Assembly (NCBI GenBank): GCA_017427545.1
Contig: JAFRSO010000035.1
Coordinates: forward strand, 27,986 to 91,985
Length of the DNA stretch: 64,000 nucleotides
DNA from: Selenomonadaceae bacterium
Lineage (GTDB): Bacteria; Bacillota; Negativicutes; Selenomonadales; Selenomonadaceae
Reading direction: 5' to 3'
Shown here: positions 38,134 to 46,425 of the stretch, in pieces
How the letters are laid out: each line of letters begins with the position of its first letter
Numbering within the stretch: position 1 is the first letter of the stretch
Made by a program: the position numbers and the translations under genes
The notes under the pieces: generated by a model
Database searches by the model: none
The model's input: the letters and a program-made list of their open reading frames with translations, nothing else
What the model was told of the DNA's origin: nothing

Positions 38134-38156
38134 CTAATCACTAATCACTAATCACT
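38134..38156. repeat. Heptamer array CTAATCA x3
   Basis: CTAATCACTAATCACTAATCACT lies directly upstream of the amidase SD. Confidence 0.7.
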
Positions 38157-38172
38157 TTGTAGAAACTAGGTC

Positions 38173-38333
38173 GTATTGAATAAAGAAATCCTTGAGGCCG
38201 TCAAGGATGACGGCCACGTCCGCGCACTGAGCCTTTTAGCTTCTAGCTACCAGCTACTAGCTAACAGCTCTCACGCTAAATTGACGCGCAAAGAAAAAGT
38301 AGATTTAAAATATAAAAGTCATTAAACACCACG
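38173..38333 (-). repeat. Structured intergenic repeat, copy D (inverted; centre replaced by a TAGCTNC heptamer array at 38237-38269)
   Basis: The reverse complement carries CTTTTATATTTTAAATCTACTTTTTCTTTGCGCG ... CTCAGTGCGCGGACGTGGCCGTCATCCTTGACGGCC, matching both ends of copies B and C. Confidence 0.55.
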
Positions 38334-38367
38334 GTTGAGCGTCAACTTATTCCACTCTACCTGACCA

Positions 38368-39012
38368 CTAAGTTTCGTATGATCCGTAACGTTTTTCGAG
38401 TTTCTTAAACATCCACGTGAGCACCGCAGTCATTCCAAGATAGAATGCGCCCGCGATTACAAATGGTGTCATGTCAAATTCACGTTGGACAATCGTCCGC
38501 GCCACCCTCAACAAATCGTTCATCGCCAAGATATAAATCAGCGACGTGTCCTTGACGAGGTTTATAGTTTCGTTGGAGATTGGCGGCAGTACGACGCGCA
38601 GCACTTGCGGGAAGATTACATAACGCATCATTTGCCAATGCTTGAGTCCGAGAGCCTTAGCCGCTTCGTATTGCCCTTTAGGTATCGCTTGAATGCCTGC
38701 GCGGAAAATTTCTGCAAAGTACGCCGCGTAGTTGAGTGTGAATGCCAGCAGAGCCGCCGCCACGTCCGGCAACATTACTCCGACCATCGGCAGGGCGAAA
38801 TATACGAACAGCAACTGCAACATCAGCGGGGTACCGCGCATTATCCAGACGTAAAACTCCATTAAGTATCTTAGCGGCGCGAAACTCGAAATCCTCCCCA
38901 ACGCCGCCAGTGCTCCGATTGGCAAGCTCAAAATTAAAGTCACGAAGAAAATTTCCAGCGTGACTTCTGCGCCCTCCAAAATGAGAAGCGTCATATCGAA
39001 AAATTTTTCCAT
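38368..39012 (-). CDS. Polar amino-acid ABC transporter permease
   Basis: 214-aa ORF. EAA-loop region EAAKALGLKHWQMMRYVIFPQVLRVVLPP. Confidence 0.9.
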   Translation of the reverse strand: MEKFFDMTLLILEGAEVTLEIFFVTLILSLPIGALAALGRISSFAPLRYLMEFYVWIMRGTPLMLQLLFVYFALPMVGVMLPDVAAALLAFTLNYAAYFAEIFRAGIQAIPKGQYEAAKALGLKHWQMMRYVIFPQVLRVVLPPISNETINLVKDTSLIYILAMNDLLRVARTIVQREFDMTPFVIAGAFYLGMTAVLTWMFKKLEKRYGSYET

Positions 39013-39039
39013 AACAGATATTCCCTAACTCCCCCCGAC

Positions 39040-39110
39040 TTAGTGGTTAGTGGTTAGCGGTTAGTGAAAAGATTTTTTCTAATCACTAATAACTAATCAC
39101 TAATCACTAA
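39040..39110. repeat. Long hairpin made of TAGTGGT / TAATCAC heptamers
   Basis: 27-nt arms TTAGTGGTTAGTGGTTAGCGGTTAGTG and CACTAATAACTAATCACTAATCACTAA. They pair with 22 Watson-Crick pairs plus 3 G-T pairs on the plus strand. Confidence 0.8.
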
Positions 39111-39132
39111 CACGGCGGCGGTCACTGTTTGC

Positions 39133-39206
39133 TAAGGAACAAGGAATAAGGAACAAGGAATAAGTTTTTTCACTTGTTCCTTAGCACTTGTTCCTTGTTC
39201 CTTAAC
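39133..39206. repeat. Long hairpin made of AAGGAAY / RTTCCTT heptamers
   Basis: TAAGGAACAAGGAATAAGGAACAAGGAATAAG - TTTTTTC - ACTTGTTCCTTAGCACTTGTTCCTTGTTCCTTAAC. Confidence 0.8.
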
Positions 39207-39208
39207 AA

Positions 39209-40018
39209 TTATTTTTTCTTGAGGAGGTCAGCACCGAACCATTGCTCGGAAATTTTTCCTGCTGCACCGTCTTTAACCATTTCATCGAAAACTTTCTGAA
39301 CCTTATTGCGCAGTTCGGTATCTTCCTTGCGGAAAGCAATACCAAATTGAGTTATGGGGCCGACAGCCACGTCAAGCGCGTCGAATTGGTTTTCCTGCTT
39401 GCTCATAGCATAACGTCCGACAATTTCATCACAGACAAGCGCATCAATCCTGCCGTTTTCCAAGTCCATGAACGCGCTGACATAATCGCCATAAGTCTTG
39501 AAGCTCGCAAAGGAAGTTTTGAGAGCCTCGTTGCCGTCAATGTAAGCCTCGGCAGTGGAACCGGCCTGCGTACCGACATTTTTACCGGCAAGGTCAGTTT
39601 CCGCCGCAATACCCTGATCGTTGCCCTTCTTCACGAAGACGATTTGGCGATTGTCCATGTACGGATCACTGAACAACATATTTTGCTGGCGTTCGGGCGT
39701 GATGTCCAAGCCGTTCCAGATAATGTCAATGCGGCCGCTCTTAAGTTCAGCCTCTTTGCTGTTCCAGTCAATAGCTTTGAATTCAACCTGCGTGCCCAGA
39801 CGTTTTGCAGCCTCTTTGGCAAGGTCGACGTCGAAGCCAACAATTTCATTTTGCTCATTTTTGAAACCCATCGGCGCATATTCGTCGTCAAGCCCGATTG
39901 TAATCTTGTCCATTTTCTTGGCGTTACCGTCAGTTTTAGCCGGCTCATTTCCTCCACCGCCGCAACCCGCGAATATCATCGTCACGAGCAACAGCACCGC
40001 CATAAAAATTTTTTTCAT
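39209..40018 (-). CDS. Amino-acid ABC transporter substrate-binding lipoprotein, paralogue 1
   Basis: Lipobox IFAGCG. SBP_bac_3-like blocks GFDVDLAKEAAKRLG and IDIIWNGLDITPER. Confidence 0.9.
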   Translation of the reverse strand: MKKIFMAVLLLVTMIFAGCGGGGNEPAKTDGNAKKMDKITIGLDDEYAPMGFKNEQNEIVGFDVDLAKEAAKRLGTQVEFKAIDWNSKEAELKSGRIDIIWNGLDITPERQQNMLFSDPYMDNRQIVFVKKGNDQGIAAETDLAGKNVGTQAGSTAEAYIDGNEALKTSFASFKTYGDYVSAFMDLENGRIDALVCDEIVGRYAMSKQENQFDALDVAVGPITQFGIAFRKEDTELRNKVQKVFDEMVKDGAAGKISEQWFGADLLKKK

Positions 40019-40063
40019 AACTCGAAAACATCCTTCCTAAAAAATTTTTAATAACCGCGTTGA

Positions 40064-40092
40064 ATTATACTTTATCAAAACTTTCATTGCAA
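40064..40092 (-). promoter_or_regulatory. sigma-70-like promoter in front of SBP paralogue 1
   Basis: Minus strand reads TTGCAA, a 17-nt spacer, then TATAAT. Confidence 0.55.
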
Positions 40093-40120
40093 GTCTTTTT
40101 GAAAACTAAATGAAAGCCCC

Positions 40121-40894
40121 TCACCACGTTTTTATTAAGTCGGCTTGGAACCATTTTTGAGAAATTTTCTGCGCGGTACCGTCCTCAACCATCTCATCAA
40201 AAACGGTTTGAATTTCGTCGCGAAGGGCGGCATTGTCTTTGCGGAAACCAATGCCCGTATCGGCAATGTTACCGACTCTCACGTTGACTATCTTGAATTG
40301 ATTCGGGTGATTGTTCATCTCGTAGCGGGCAATAATTTCGTCGCAGACAATGACTTCAATCTCACCGCTATTCAAAGCCTCGGCAGCCTCAATGAATTTT
40401 TCGTAAGTCTTGTAATCCTTGAGCTTGCCTTTAAGTTCGGCATTTTGATTGATATAATCATCAGACGTTGAGCCGGCTTGAGTGCCGACGATTTTACCTG
40501 CCAGGTCGCCTTCGGAATGAATATCCAAATCACTGTCCTCCCTCACCAAAAGAATCTGGCGGTCTTCCATGTACGGCTTGCTGAAAATCATATACTCCTT
40601 GCGCTTGTCGGTAATGTCAAGCCCGTTCCAAATCAAGTCGACACTGCCCGAAGTAATCTCTTCTCGCTTATGTTGCCAAGATATCGGTTTGAATTCAATC
40701 TCGGCACCCAGACGTTTTGCAGCCTCTCTTGCAAGATCAACCTCAAAGCCGACAAGTTCGTTTTGCTCATTGTGAAAACTCATCGGCGCGAATTCGTCAT
40801 CAATCCCGATAACGAGTTTATCAACTTTGTTGGAATTGCCGCAGCCCGTAATTAAAAAAATTATCAGCATGAACAGCCCAAAAATTTTCTTCAT
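40121..40894 (-). CDS. Amino-acid ABC transporter substrate-binding lipoprotein, paralogue 2
   Basis: Lipobox LITGCG. GFEVDLAREAAKRLG and VDLIWNGLDITDKR. Confidence 0.9.
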   Translation of the reverse strand: MKKIFGLFMLIIFLITGCGNSNKVDKLVIGIDDEFAPMSFHNEQNELVGFEVDLAREAAKRLGAEIEFKPISWQHKREEITSGSVDLIWNGLDITDKRKEYMIFSKPYMEDRQILLVREDSDLDIHSEGDLAGKIVGTQAGSTSDDYINQNAELKGKLKDYKTYEKFIEAAEALNSGEIEVIVCDEIIARYEMNNHPNQFKIVNVRVGNIADTGIGFRKDNAALRDEIQTVFDEMVEDGTAQKISQKWFQADLIKTW

Positions 40895-40920
40895 GCTGAA
40901 AAGACCCCCTTATCTGAAAT

Positions 40921-41718
40921 TTACCTCCGTAATTTAATTAAATCTGCTTGAAACCATTTCTCCGAAATTTTCTTTGCAGTGCCGTCCCTAACGATAGCGT
41001 CAAAAGCCGTTTGAACTTTATCGCGCAACTCGGTATTGTTTTTGCGGAAGCCGACACCGTATTCCGTGCCGGAACCAATCGTAACTTCGACCGTCTCGAA
41101 CATGTCAGGGTGCTTGGATATTTCATAACGCGCGGCAATTTCATCGATAATCAGCGCGTCAACATCGCCTGTATCCAATCCCGCAAAACTCTCACCGATT
41201 GTGGGATAAGTATAAAAATTTTTTAAACTGTCCTTTAAGTAAGCGTCCTCGTTAACTAAAAATTCCGCATTTGAACCGGCTTGCGCGGCTACATTTTTTC
41301 CCTCCAAATCGCCCACGGAATTAATATTTTTAGGATTGCCCTTTTTGACCATGATAATTTGGCGATTGTCCATGTAAGGTTTGCTGAAAATCATAAATTT
41401 CTTGTACTCGTCCATGATGTCCAAGCCGTTCCAAATCATGTCGATATTGCCGGACGTAATTTCATGCTCCTTGTCACTCCAATTAATCATCCGAAATTCC
41501 AACTCAACGCCCATATGCTTTGCAGTCTCTCTTGCGAGGTCGACATCAAAGCCGACAACTTGCCCGCTCTCGTCAGTGAAACTGAATGGCGCGAATTCAT
41601 CAATACCGACAACAAGTGTGTGGCTATGTTTCATGCTGTGAGTATCTCCGGAATTTTTTTCGCCTCCGCAACCGGTCATTAAAATTATCAGCATGAGCAG
41701 TGAAAGAAGTTTTTTCAT
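40921..41718 (-). CDS. Amino-acid ABC transporter substrate-binding lipoprotein, paralogue 3
   Basis: Lipobox LMTGCG. GFDVDLARETAKHMG and IDMIWNGLDIMDEY. Confidence 0.9.
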   Translation of the reverse strand: MKKLLSLLMLIILMTGCGGEKNSGDTHSMKHSHTLVVGIDEFAPFSFTDESGQVVGFDVDLARETAKHMGVELEFRMINWSDKEHEITSGNIDMIWNGLDIMDEYKKFMIFSKPYMDNRQIIMVKKGNPKNINSVGDLEGKNVAAQAGSNAEFLVNEDAYLKDSLKNFYTYPTIGESFAGLDTGDVDALIIDEIAARYEISKHPDMFETVEVTIGSGTEYGVGFRKNNTELRDKVQTAFDAIVRDGTAKKISEKWFQADLIKLRR

Positions 41719-41751
41719 GCTGAAAGCCCTCCTTAAATCTTTAAAACAAAA

Positions 41752-42549
41752 TCATCTCGGCTTAATTAAGTCGGCTTGAAACCACCTCACAGAAATTCTC
41801 TTCGCAGTACCATCTTTAATCATCTCGTCGAAAACTTTTTGAACCCTGTCACGCAACGCTGAATCACTCTTGCGGAAACCGATACCGATTCCTGTGACGG
41901 GGCCGACGGTTATTTCAATCACTTCATACTTGCGCGGAATTTTGTTCATCTCGTAATGCGCAACCAATTCATCGACAACCAGCACATCAATTTTCCCGTC
42001 CGTCAAATCGACAAAAGCTTGCATAAATGTTGCGTAGGTTTTGAAGTCCTTAAAACTGTCCAGAAGATTTTTATTCGAGGTAATGTAATCTTCGGAGTAG
42101 GAGCCGGCTTGAGTTCCGACGACTTTTCCCGACAAGTCATGTACGGAAGTGAAATGAAAATTATCGCTTTTCTTGACGAGAAGAATTTGGCGATTGTCCA
42201 TGTAAGGCTTGGTGAAAATCATATGTTCTCTTCTCGCGGCGGTAATGTCGAGTCCGTTCCAAATCAAATCAATGTTGCCGGATTCAATCTCGGTTATTTT
42301 ATTATTCCAGTCAATCGGCTTGAATTCAAACTTGACGCCCATACGCTTACCGGCCTCTTTGGCAAGGTCGATATCGAAGCCGACAAGCTCACCGTTTTTA
42401 TCCCTGAAACCAAATGGCGGGTATTCGTCATCAACGCCGATTACCAATTTTCCGTTATATGTAGCACTGTTAATGTCCTTTGAACTCTGACTGCCGCAAC
42501 CCGTTATCAAAAAAATCATCAGCATGAACAGTAGAAGAAGTTTTTTCAT
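41752..42549 (-). CDS. Amino-acid ABC transporter substrate-binding lipoprotein, paralogue 4
   Basis: Start at MKKLLLLFML behind AGGAGGG. Lipobox LITGCG. Very similar to paralogue 5. Confidence 0.9.
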   Translation of the reverse strand: MKKLLLLFMLMIFLITGCGSQSSKDINSATYNGKLVIGVDDEYPPFGFRDKNGELVGFDIDLAKEAGKRMGVKFEFKPIDWNNKITEIESGNIDLIWNGLDITAARREHMIFTKPYMDNRQILLVKKSDNFHFTSVHDLSGKVVGTQAGSYSEDYITSNKNLLDSFKDFKTYATFMQAFVDLTDGKIDVLVVDELVAHYEMNKIPRKYEVIEITVGPVTGIGIGFRKSDSALRDRVQKVFDEMIKDGTAKRISVRWFQADLIKPR

Positions 42550-42563
42550 GCTGAACCCTCCTA

Positions 42564-43364
42564 TCATTTTGCCTTAAGTAAGTCGGCCTGGAACCATTCC
42601 TCGGAAATTTTCTTTGCAGTGCCGTCCTTGAGCATTTCATCAAAAACTTTTTGAACCCTGTCACGCAACGCCACATCACTTTTGCGGAAGCCGATACCGA
42701 TTCCGGTAGCGGGGCCGATTGTCACTTCAGTTACTTCAAACTTGCGCGGGATTTTGCTCATTTCGTAATGCGCCGCCAACTCGTCGACAATCAGCACGTC
42801 AACTTTCCCGTCCGTCAAATCAGCAAAGGCCTGCTTGAACGTGGCGTAGGTTTTGAAGTCCTTAAAACTTTCCAGAAGCTTTTTATTTGAGGCAATGTAA
42901 TCTTCGGAATTTGAGCCGGCTTGAGTACCGACAATTTTTCCCGCCAAATCGTGTTCGGAGATGAATTGAAAATTGGCACTCTTCTTGCTCAAAAGAATTT
43001 GGCGATTGTCCATGTAAGGCTTGGTGTAAAGGATACGCTCTTCACGTTCGGGAGTAATGTCCAGCCCGTTCCAAATCAAATCGATTCTGCCGGAATCAAG
43101 CTCATTTTCTTTATTGTTCCAATCAATCGGCTTGAATTCAAACTTGACGCCCATACGCTTGCCAGCCTCTTTTGCAAGGTCGATATCGAAGCCGACAAGT
43201 TCGCCATTTTTGTCCCTGAAACCGAAAGGCGCATATTCGTCGTCAACGCCGATTACCAATGTTCCTTTGTATGCAGAACTGTTAATGTCTTTTGAATCTT
43301 GACCTCCTCCGCAACCCGTTATCAGAAAAATCATCAGCATAAACGGTAAAAAAAATTTCTTCAT
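42564..43364 (-). CDS. Amino-acid ABC transporter substrate-binding lipoprotein, paralogue 5
   Basis: Start at MKKFFLPFML behind GGAGG. Lipobox LITGCG. GFDIDLAKEAGKRMG. Confidence 0.9.
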   Translation of the reverse strand: MKKFFLPFMLMIFLITGCGGGQDSKDINSSAYKGTLVIGVDDEYAPFGFRDKNGELVGFDIDLAKEAGKRMGVKFEFKPIDWNNKENELDSGRIDLIWNGLDITPEREERILYTKPYMDNRQILLSKKSANFQFISEHDLAGKIVGTQAGSNSEDYIASNKKLLESFKDFKTYATFKQAFADLTDGKVDVLIVDELAAHYEMSKIPRKFEVTEVTIGPATGIGIGFRKSDVALRDRVQKVFDEMLKDGTAKKISEEWFQADLLKAK

Positions 43365-43406
43365 GTCCAAACCTCCGAATTAAAGTACTGAACTTGAATA
43401 CAATGC

Positions 43407-43435
43407 ATTATATTTATCTGCCGCCGCCTTGTCAA
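43407..43435 (-). promoter_or_regulatory. Consensus sigma-70 promoter for the SBPx5-permease operon
   Basis: Minus strand reads TTGACA, a 17-nt spacer, then TATAAT, about 40 nt upstream of the SBP5 start. Confidence 0.65.
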
Positions 43436-43446
43436 AAAAATTTTTA

Positions 43447-43475
43447 TCGACGTAAAAAAATTTTTCTGTTATAAT
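43447..43475 (+). promoter_or_regulatory. Extended -10 promoter for the three small plus-strand genes
   Basis: TGTTATAAT (TGnTATAAT) at 43467-43475. The -35 is weak (TCGACG). Confidence 0.4.
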
Positions 43476-43505
43476 TGCCGCAAATAATTTCAGCAGGTGA
43501 TTAAA

Positions 43506-43697
43506 ATGAATCTGATTTTTGTATTGAGAATATTTTGTTTGCTCACTTTGATAACGTTCGTAATCAAAATAATTTTCGGTAGCACTCCCATTCATTGGAA
43601 CGATTGGTTTTCAGGTGTGGTATGTGCAATAGCGGTTTATTATTTGGAGCCGCTCTTCGGAAAATATCTGCGCGGGAAAAAATTTTCTCGGCGATAA
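43506..43697 (+). CDS. Small membrane protein (63 aa)
   Basis: SD AGGTGA, 5 nt, then ATG. Two hydrophobic helices. Shares a W-x(2,3)-[WLI]F[ST]G[VI]V-like motif with the next two ORFs. Confidence 0.55.
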   Translation: MNLIFVLRIFCLLTLITFVIKIIFGSTPIHWNDWFSGVVCAIAVYYLEPLFGKYLRGKKFSRR

Positions 43698-43710
43698 GGA
43701 GTGACGAATC

Positions 43711-43887
43711 ATGAATATTTATCTTATACTGGACGCGGTATTTTTGGTCGTGATTACAATTCTGCTCGTCCGCGACGACAGCGTTAATTGGTTGCATATT
43801 TTTACGGGAATTGTTATGGGGCTGTCACTTCATGAACTGATAACATTTTTCCGCGACCGAAAACGCGTTAAACGAAACTTGAGATGA
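43711..43887 (+). CDS. Small membrane protein (58 aa; below the ORF-track cutoff)
   Basis: Own translation gives MNIYLILDAVFLVVITILLVRDDSVNWLHIFTGIVMGLSLHELITFFRDRKRVKRNLR. SD AAGGAGTG precedes it. Confidence 0.5.
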   Translation: MNIYLILDAVFLVVITILLVRDDSVNWLHIFTGIVMGLSLHELITFFRDRKRVKRNLR

Positions 43888-43896
43888 GGTGACATC

Positions 43897-44241
43897 ATGA
43901 AAAAATTTTTCAGGCGAATCGGCAAGACGGGATTTTTGATTTTATTTTTTATTCCCTTCGGAGTTTACGGTTTCTGCCACAGAGGATGGCAAGGTTTATT
44001 CACGTCAATGCTCGGCTACGGTATCGGCTGGTGTTTGTGCGCAAATTGGAGCCGCATTAAAAGTTATCCGTGGAAAAAATTTTTGCGCCGACACCTCAAG
44101 GCGATTGTCAAGCTGATAATTCTTGTCCCGATTATGTCGGCGTGTACATATTATATGGGCTGGCGGGGATTGCTTGCGTCGATACTCGGTTGGATTGTCG
44201 GCGAAATTATTTGCTGGCGGTTTTTATCAATTAGGAATTAG
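43897..44241 (+). CDS. Small membrane protein (114 aa) with internal duplication
   Basis: Its halves resemble each other (HRGWQGLFTSMLGYGIGWCLC versus YMGWRGLLASILGWIVGEIIC). SD GAGGTGA precedes it. Confidence 0.6.
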   Translation: MKKFFRRIGKTGFLILFFIPFGVYGFCHRGWQGLFTSMLGYGIGWCLCANWSRIKSYPWKKFLRRHLKAIVKLIILVPIMSACTYYMGWRGLLASILGWIVGEIICWRFLSIRN

Positions 44242-44270
44242 GAATGAGGAATTAAAACTTGTTCCTTAAA
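44228..44270. repeat. Heptamer array (TTAGGAA/TGAGGAA then TTGTTCC) between convergent stops
   Basis: CAATTAGGAATTAGGAATGAGGAATTAAAACTTGTTCCTTAAA supplies the ...SIRN* end of the 114-aa ORF. Confidence 0.75.
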
Positions 44271-44271
44271 A

Positions 44272-45381
44272 TCAAGTCATTGTGAAACTAATTTTGTTGA
44301 CGCCTTCGGTGTACTCGTGAGAATAATTTTGGGAAAGGTTATGCAAAATCGCCGCGCCCAAATTCTCTTCGTCGAAGTCGTCAAAATTTTTGTCCAGAGG
44401 ATTATACGATTTGCCCGCGCAGGTAAATTTTATCTCAACGCTGTTGTCTATCTCGGCATAAGTCACGTCCAGAGAAATTTGAACGGCGTCGCCCTCGCAA
44501 GCATTGTCCAGCATTTCGTAAATCAATTCCTCGCAACACAACTGCAGACGATTCGTCTTGCGCAAACTCAAGCCGTATTTTTCCGCGAAAAACTGAATGC
44601 CGCCCTGCATTTTCGGTAAGTCAAAGGCGCGTTCCGTAATCTCGTAGGAAAAATATTTTTGTTTGTTGATAAATGCAATCGTCTTGGGAAGTTTCGGCGC
44701 ATCAAAAATTTCTGCAGGCGTGCCTTGCTCATAAATCACACCGTCCGCAAAAAATAAAATTCTGTCGGCAACTTCGCGGGCAAAATTCATTTCGTGTGTT
44801 ACGATTATCATCGTCAAATCCTGCTTGGCAAGCATACGAATAACCGCTAAAACTTCACCGACCATCGTCGGATCAAGGGCACTTGTCGGCTCATCAAACA
44901 GAAGCACTTTCGGTTTCATCATCAAACTTCGGCAAATCGCGATACGCTGTTGTTGTCCGCCCGATAAAAATTCGGGGTAAGCGTCCGCCTTTGATGTCAA
45001 GCCGACCGTCGCCAACAAGTTCATTGCCTTTTCACGAGCCTCATCTTTCGTCATGCCCAAAAGTTTAATCGGCGCAACGGTTAAATTTTCCATTACGTTC
45101 ATATGCGTGAAGAGATTAAATTTCTGCCAGACCATACCGAGCTTGCGGCGGATTCTGTCAATGTCGACGTTGGGGGCAGTGAGTTCTTCGCCGTCGATAA
45201 AAATTTTCCCGCCGTCGGGAGTTTCGAGTAATTCCAGGCAACGCAAAAATACACTTTTGCCGCAACCGGAACCTCCGATAATTGCAATGCGTTCGCCCGC
45301 CTCAACCGTCAAATCAATTCCGCGCAGAACGTTAAAATCTCCGAAAGATTTTTTCAGCCCGCTGACTTCAATAACACTCAT
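44272..45381 (-). CDS. Polar amino-acid ABC transporter ATP-binding protein with about 125-aa C-terminal extension
   Basis: Walker A GGSGCGKS, signature LSGGQQQR, Walker B LLFDEPTSALD. A typical GlnQ-type ATPase core, then an extra domain beginning at about residue 245. Confidence 0.9.
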   Translation of the reverse strand: MSVIEVSGLKKSFGDFNVLRGIDLTVEAGERIAIIGGSGCGKSVFLRCLELLETPDGGKIFIDGEELTAPNVDIDRIRRKLGMVWQKFNLFTHMNVMENLTVAPIKLLGMTKDEAREKAMNLLATVGLTSKADAYPEFLSGGQQQRIAICRSLMMKPKVLLFDEPTSALDPTMVGEVLAVIRMLAKQDLTMIIVTHEMNFAREVADRILFFADGVIYEQGTPAEIFDAPKLPKTIAFINKQKYFSYEITERAFDLPKMQGGIQFFAEKYGLSLRKTNRLQLCCEELIYEMLDNACEGDAVQISLDVTYAEIDNSVEIKFTCAGKSYNPLDKNFDDFDEENLGAAILHNLSQNYSHEYTEGVNKISFTMT

Positions 45382-45390
45382 ATCAAAACC

Positions 45391-46353
45391 TCAAAGCCAT
45401 TGAGCCGCGTCGAGGGCGTGATAGGTGATAATCATATCAGCACCGGCACGCTTCATCGCGGTCAAGTTTTCTACGACAATGCGCTTGTAATCAATCCAAC
45501 CGTTAGCGGCCGCCGCCTTAACCATCGCATATTCGCCGCTGACATTGTAAACTGCGACGGGGCGATTGATTTTCTCGCGGACGCGGCTGACGATATCCAG
45601 ATATGCAAGCGCGGGTTTAATCATGATGATGTCGGCACCTTCCGCCAAATCCAATTCAACTTCCTTGAGGGCTTCGCGACTGTTGGCAAAATCCATTTGA
45701 TATTGCTTCCTGTCGCCGAATTGAGGAGCCGAATCCGCCGCATCTCTGAAAGGGCCGTAATAAGCCGACGCGTATTTTACGGCATAGCTCATGATTGACA
45801 CGTTGATAAAATTTTTCGCGTCGAGGGCGTCACGGATTGCGGCAATGCGCCCGTCCATCATGTCGGAGGGAGCAATAATATCCGCGCCCGCTTCAGCTTG
45901 ACTGACGGCTACTTTCTGCAAAAGTTTCAAGGTCTCGTCGTTGTCGACATAATGGCCGCAAAGTTTACCGCAGTGACCATGATTGGTGTATTGGCAGAGG
46001 CAAACGTCGCCGATGATAATCAATTCGGGGACGGCTTTTTTTATTGCGGCAATGGCGCGTTGAACGGGACTTTTCATATCCCAGGCACTTGAGCCGATTT
46101 CGTCCTTGTATTCGGGCAAACCAAAAATTTCAACGGCGGGTATTCCCAGCGCAGAAATTTTCTTGGCAAGCTCAACGGCATTATCAACGGACAGATGATA
46201 GCAGTCAGGCATTGACGGAATTTCCTCGCGAACATTTTCGCCCGCCACTACGAACAGCGGATAAATTAAATCTTTCACGTCTAAATTTGTTTCACGAATC
46301 ATTGAGCGCAGATTTTCATTGAGCCGCAACCTGCGCGGTCTGATTTTAAGCAT
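45391..46353 (-). CDS. hemB: Porphobilinogen synthase (delta-aminolevulinate dehydratase)
   Basis: 320-aa ORF. RPRRLR N-terminus, the Cys-rich Zn site GDVCLCQYTNHGHCG and MIKPALAYLD. Confidence 0.95.
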   Translation of the reverse strand: MLKIRPRRLRLNENLRSMIRETNLDVKDLIYPLFVVAGENVREEIPSMPDCYHLSVDNAVELAKKISALGIPAVEIFGLPEYKDEIGSSAWDMKSPVQRAIAAIKKAVPELIIIGDVCLCQYTNHGHCGKLCGHYVDNDETLKLLQKVAVSQAEAGADIIAPSDMMDGRIAAIRDALDAKNFINVSIMSYAVKYASAYYGPFRDAADSAPQFGDRKQYQMDFANSREALKEVELDLAEGADIIMIKPALAYLDIVSRVREKINRPVAVYNVSGEYAMVKAAAANGWIDYKRIVVENLTAMKRAGADMIITYHALDAAQWL

Positions 46354-46402
46354 TTGATTTCACCTCGCTTGTAGTTTATCAGTTATATCTTTAAAGTCAA
46401 AT

Positions 46403-46425
46403 AAAAAAATCCCCGGTCAGGGATT
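46403..46425 (-). terminator. Rho-independent terminator after bioD
   Basis: Minus strand shows AAUCCC-UGACCG-GGGAUU followed by U7. The stem overlaps the bioD stop. Confidence 0.65.

Noticed and set aside
39242-43295. Plus-strand ORFs opposite each binding-protein gene (for example 39242-40051, 269 aa)
   Set aside because: They are mirror-frame artefacts of the strongly supported minus-strand SBP genes. The same pattern repeats opposite every paralogue.
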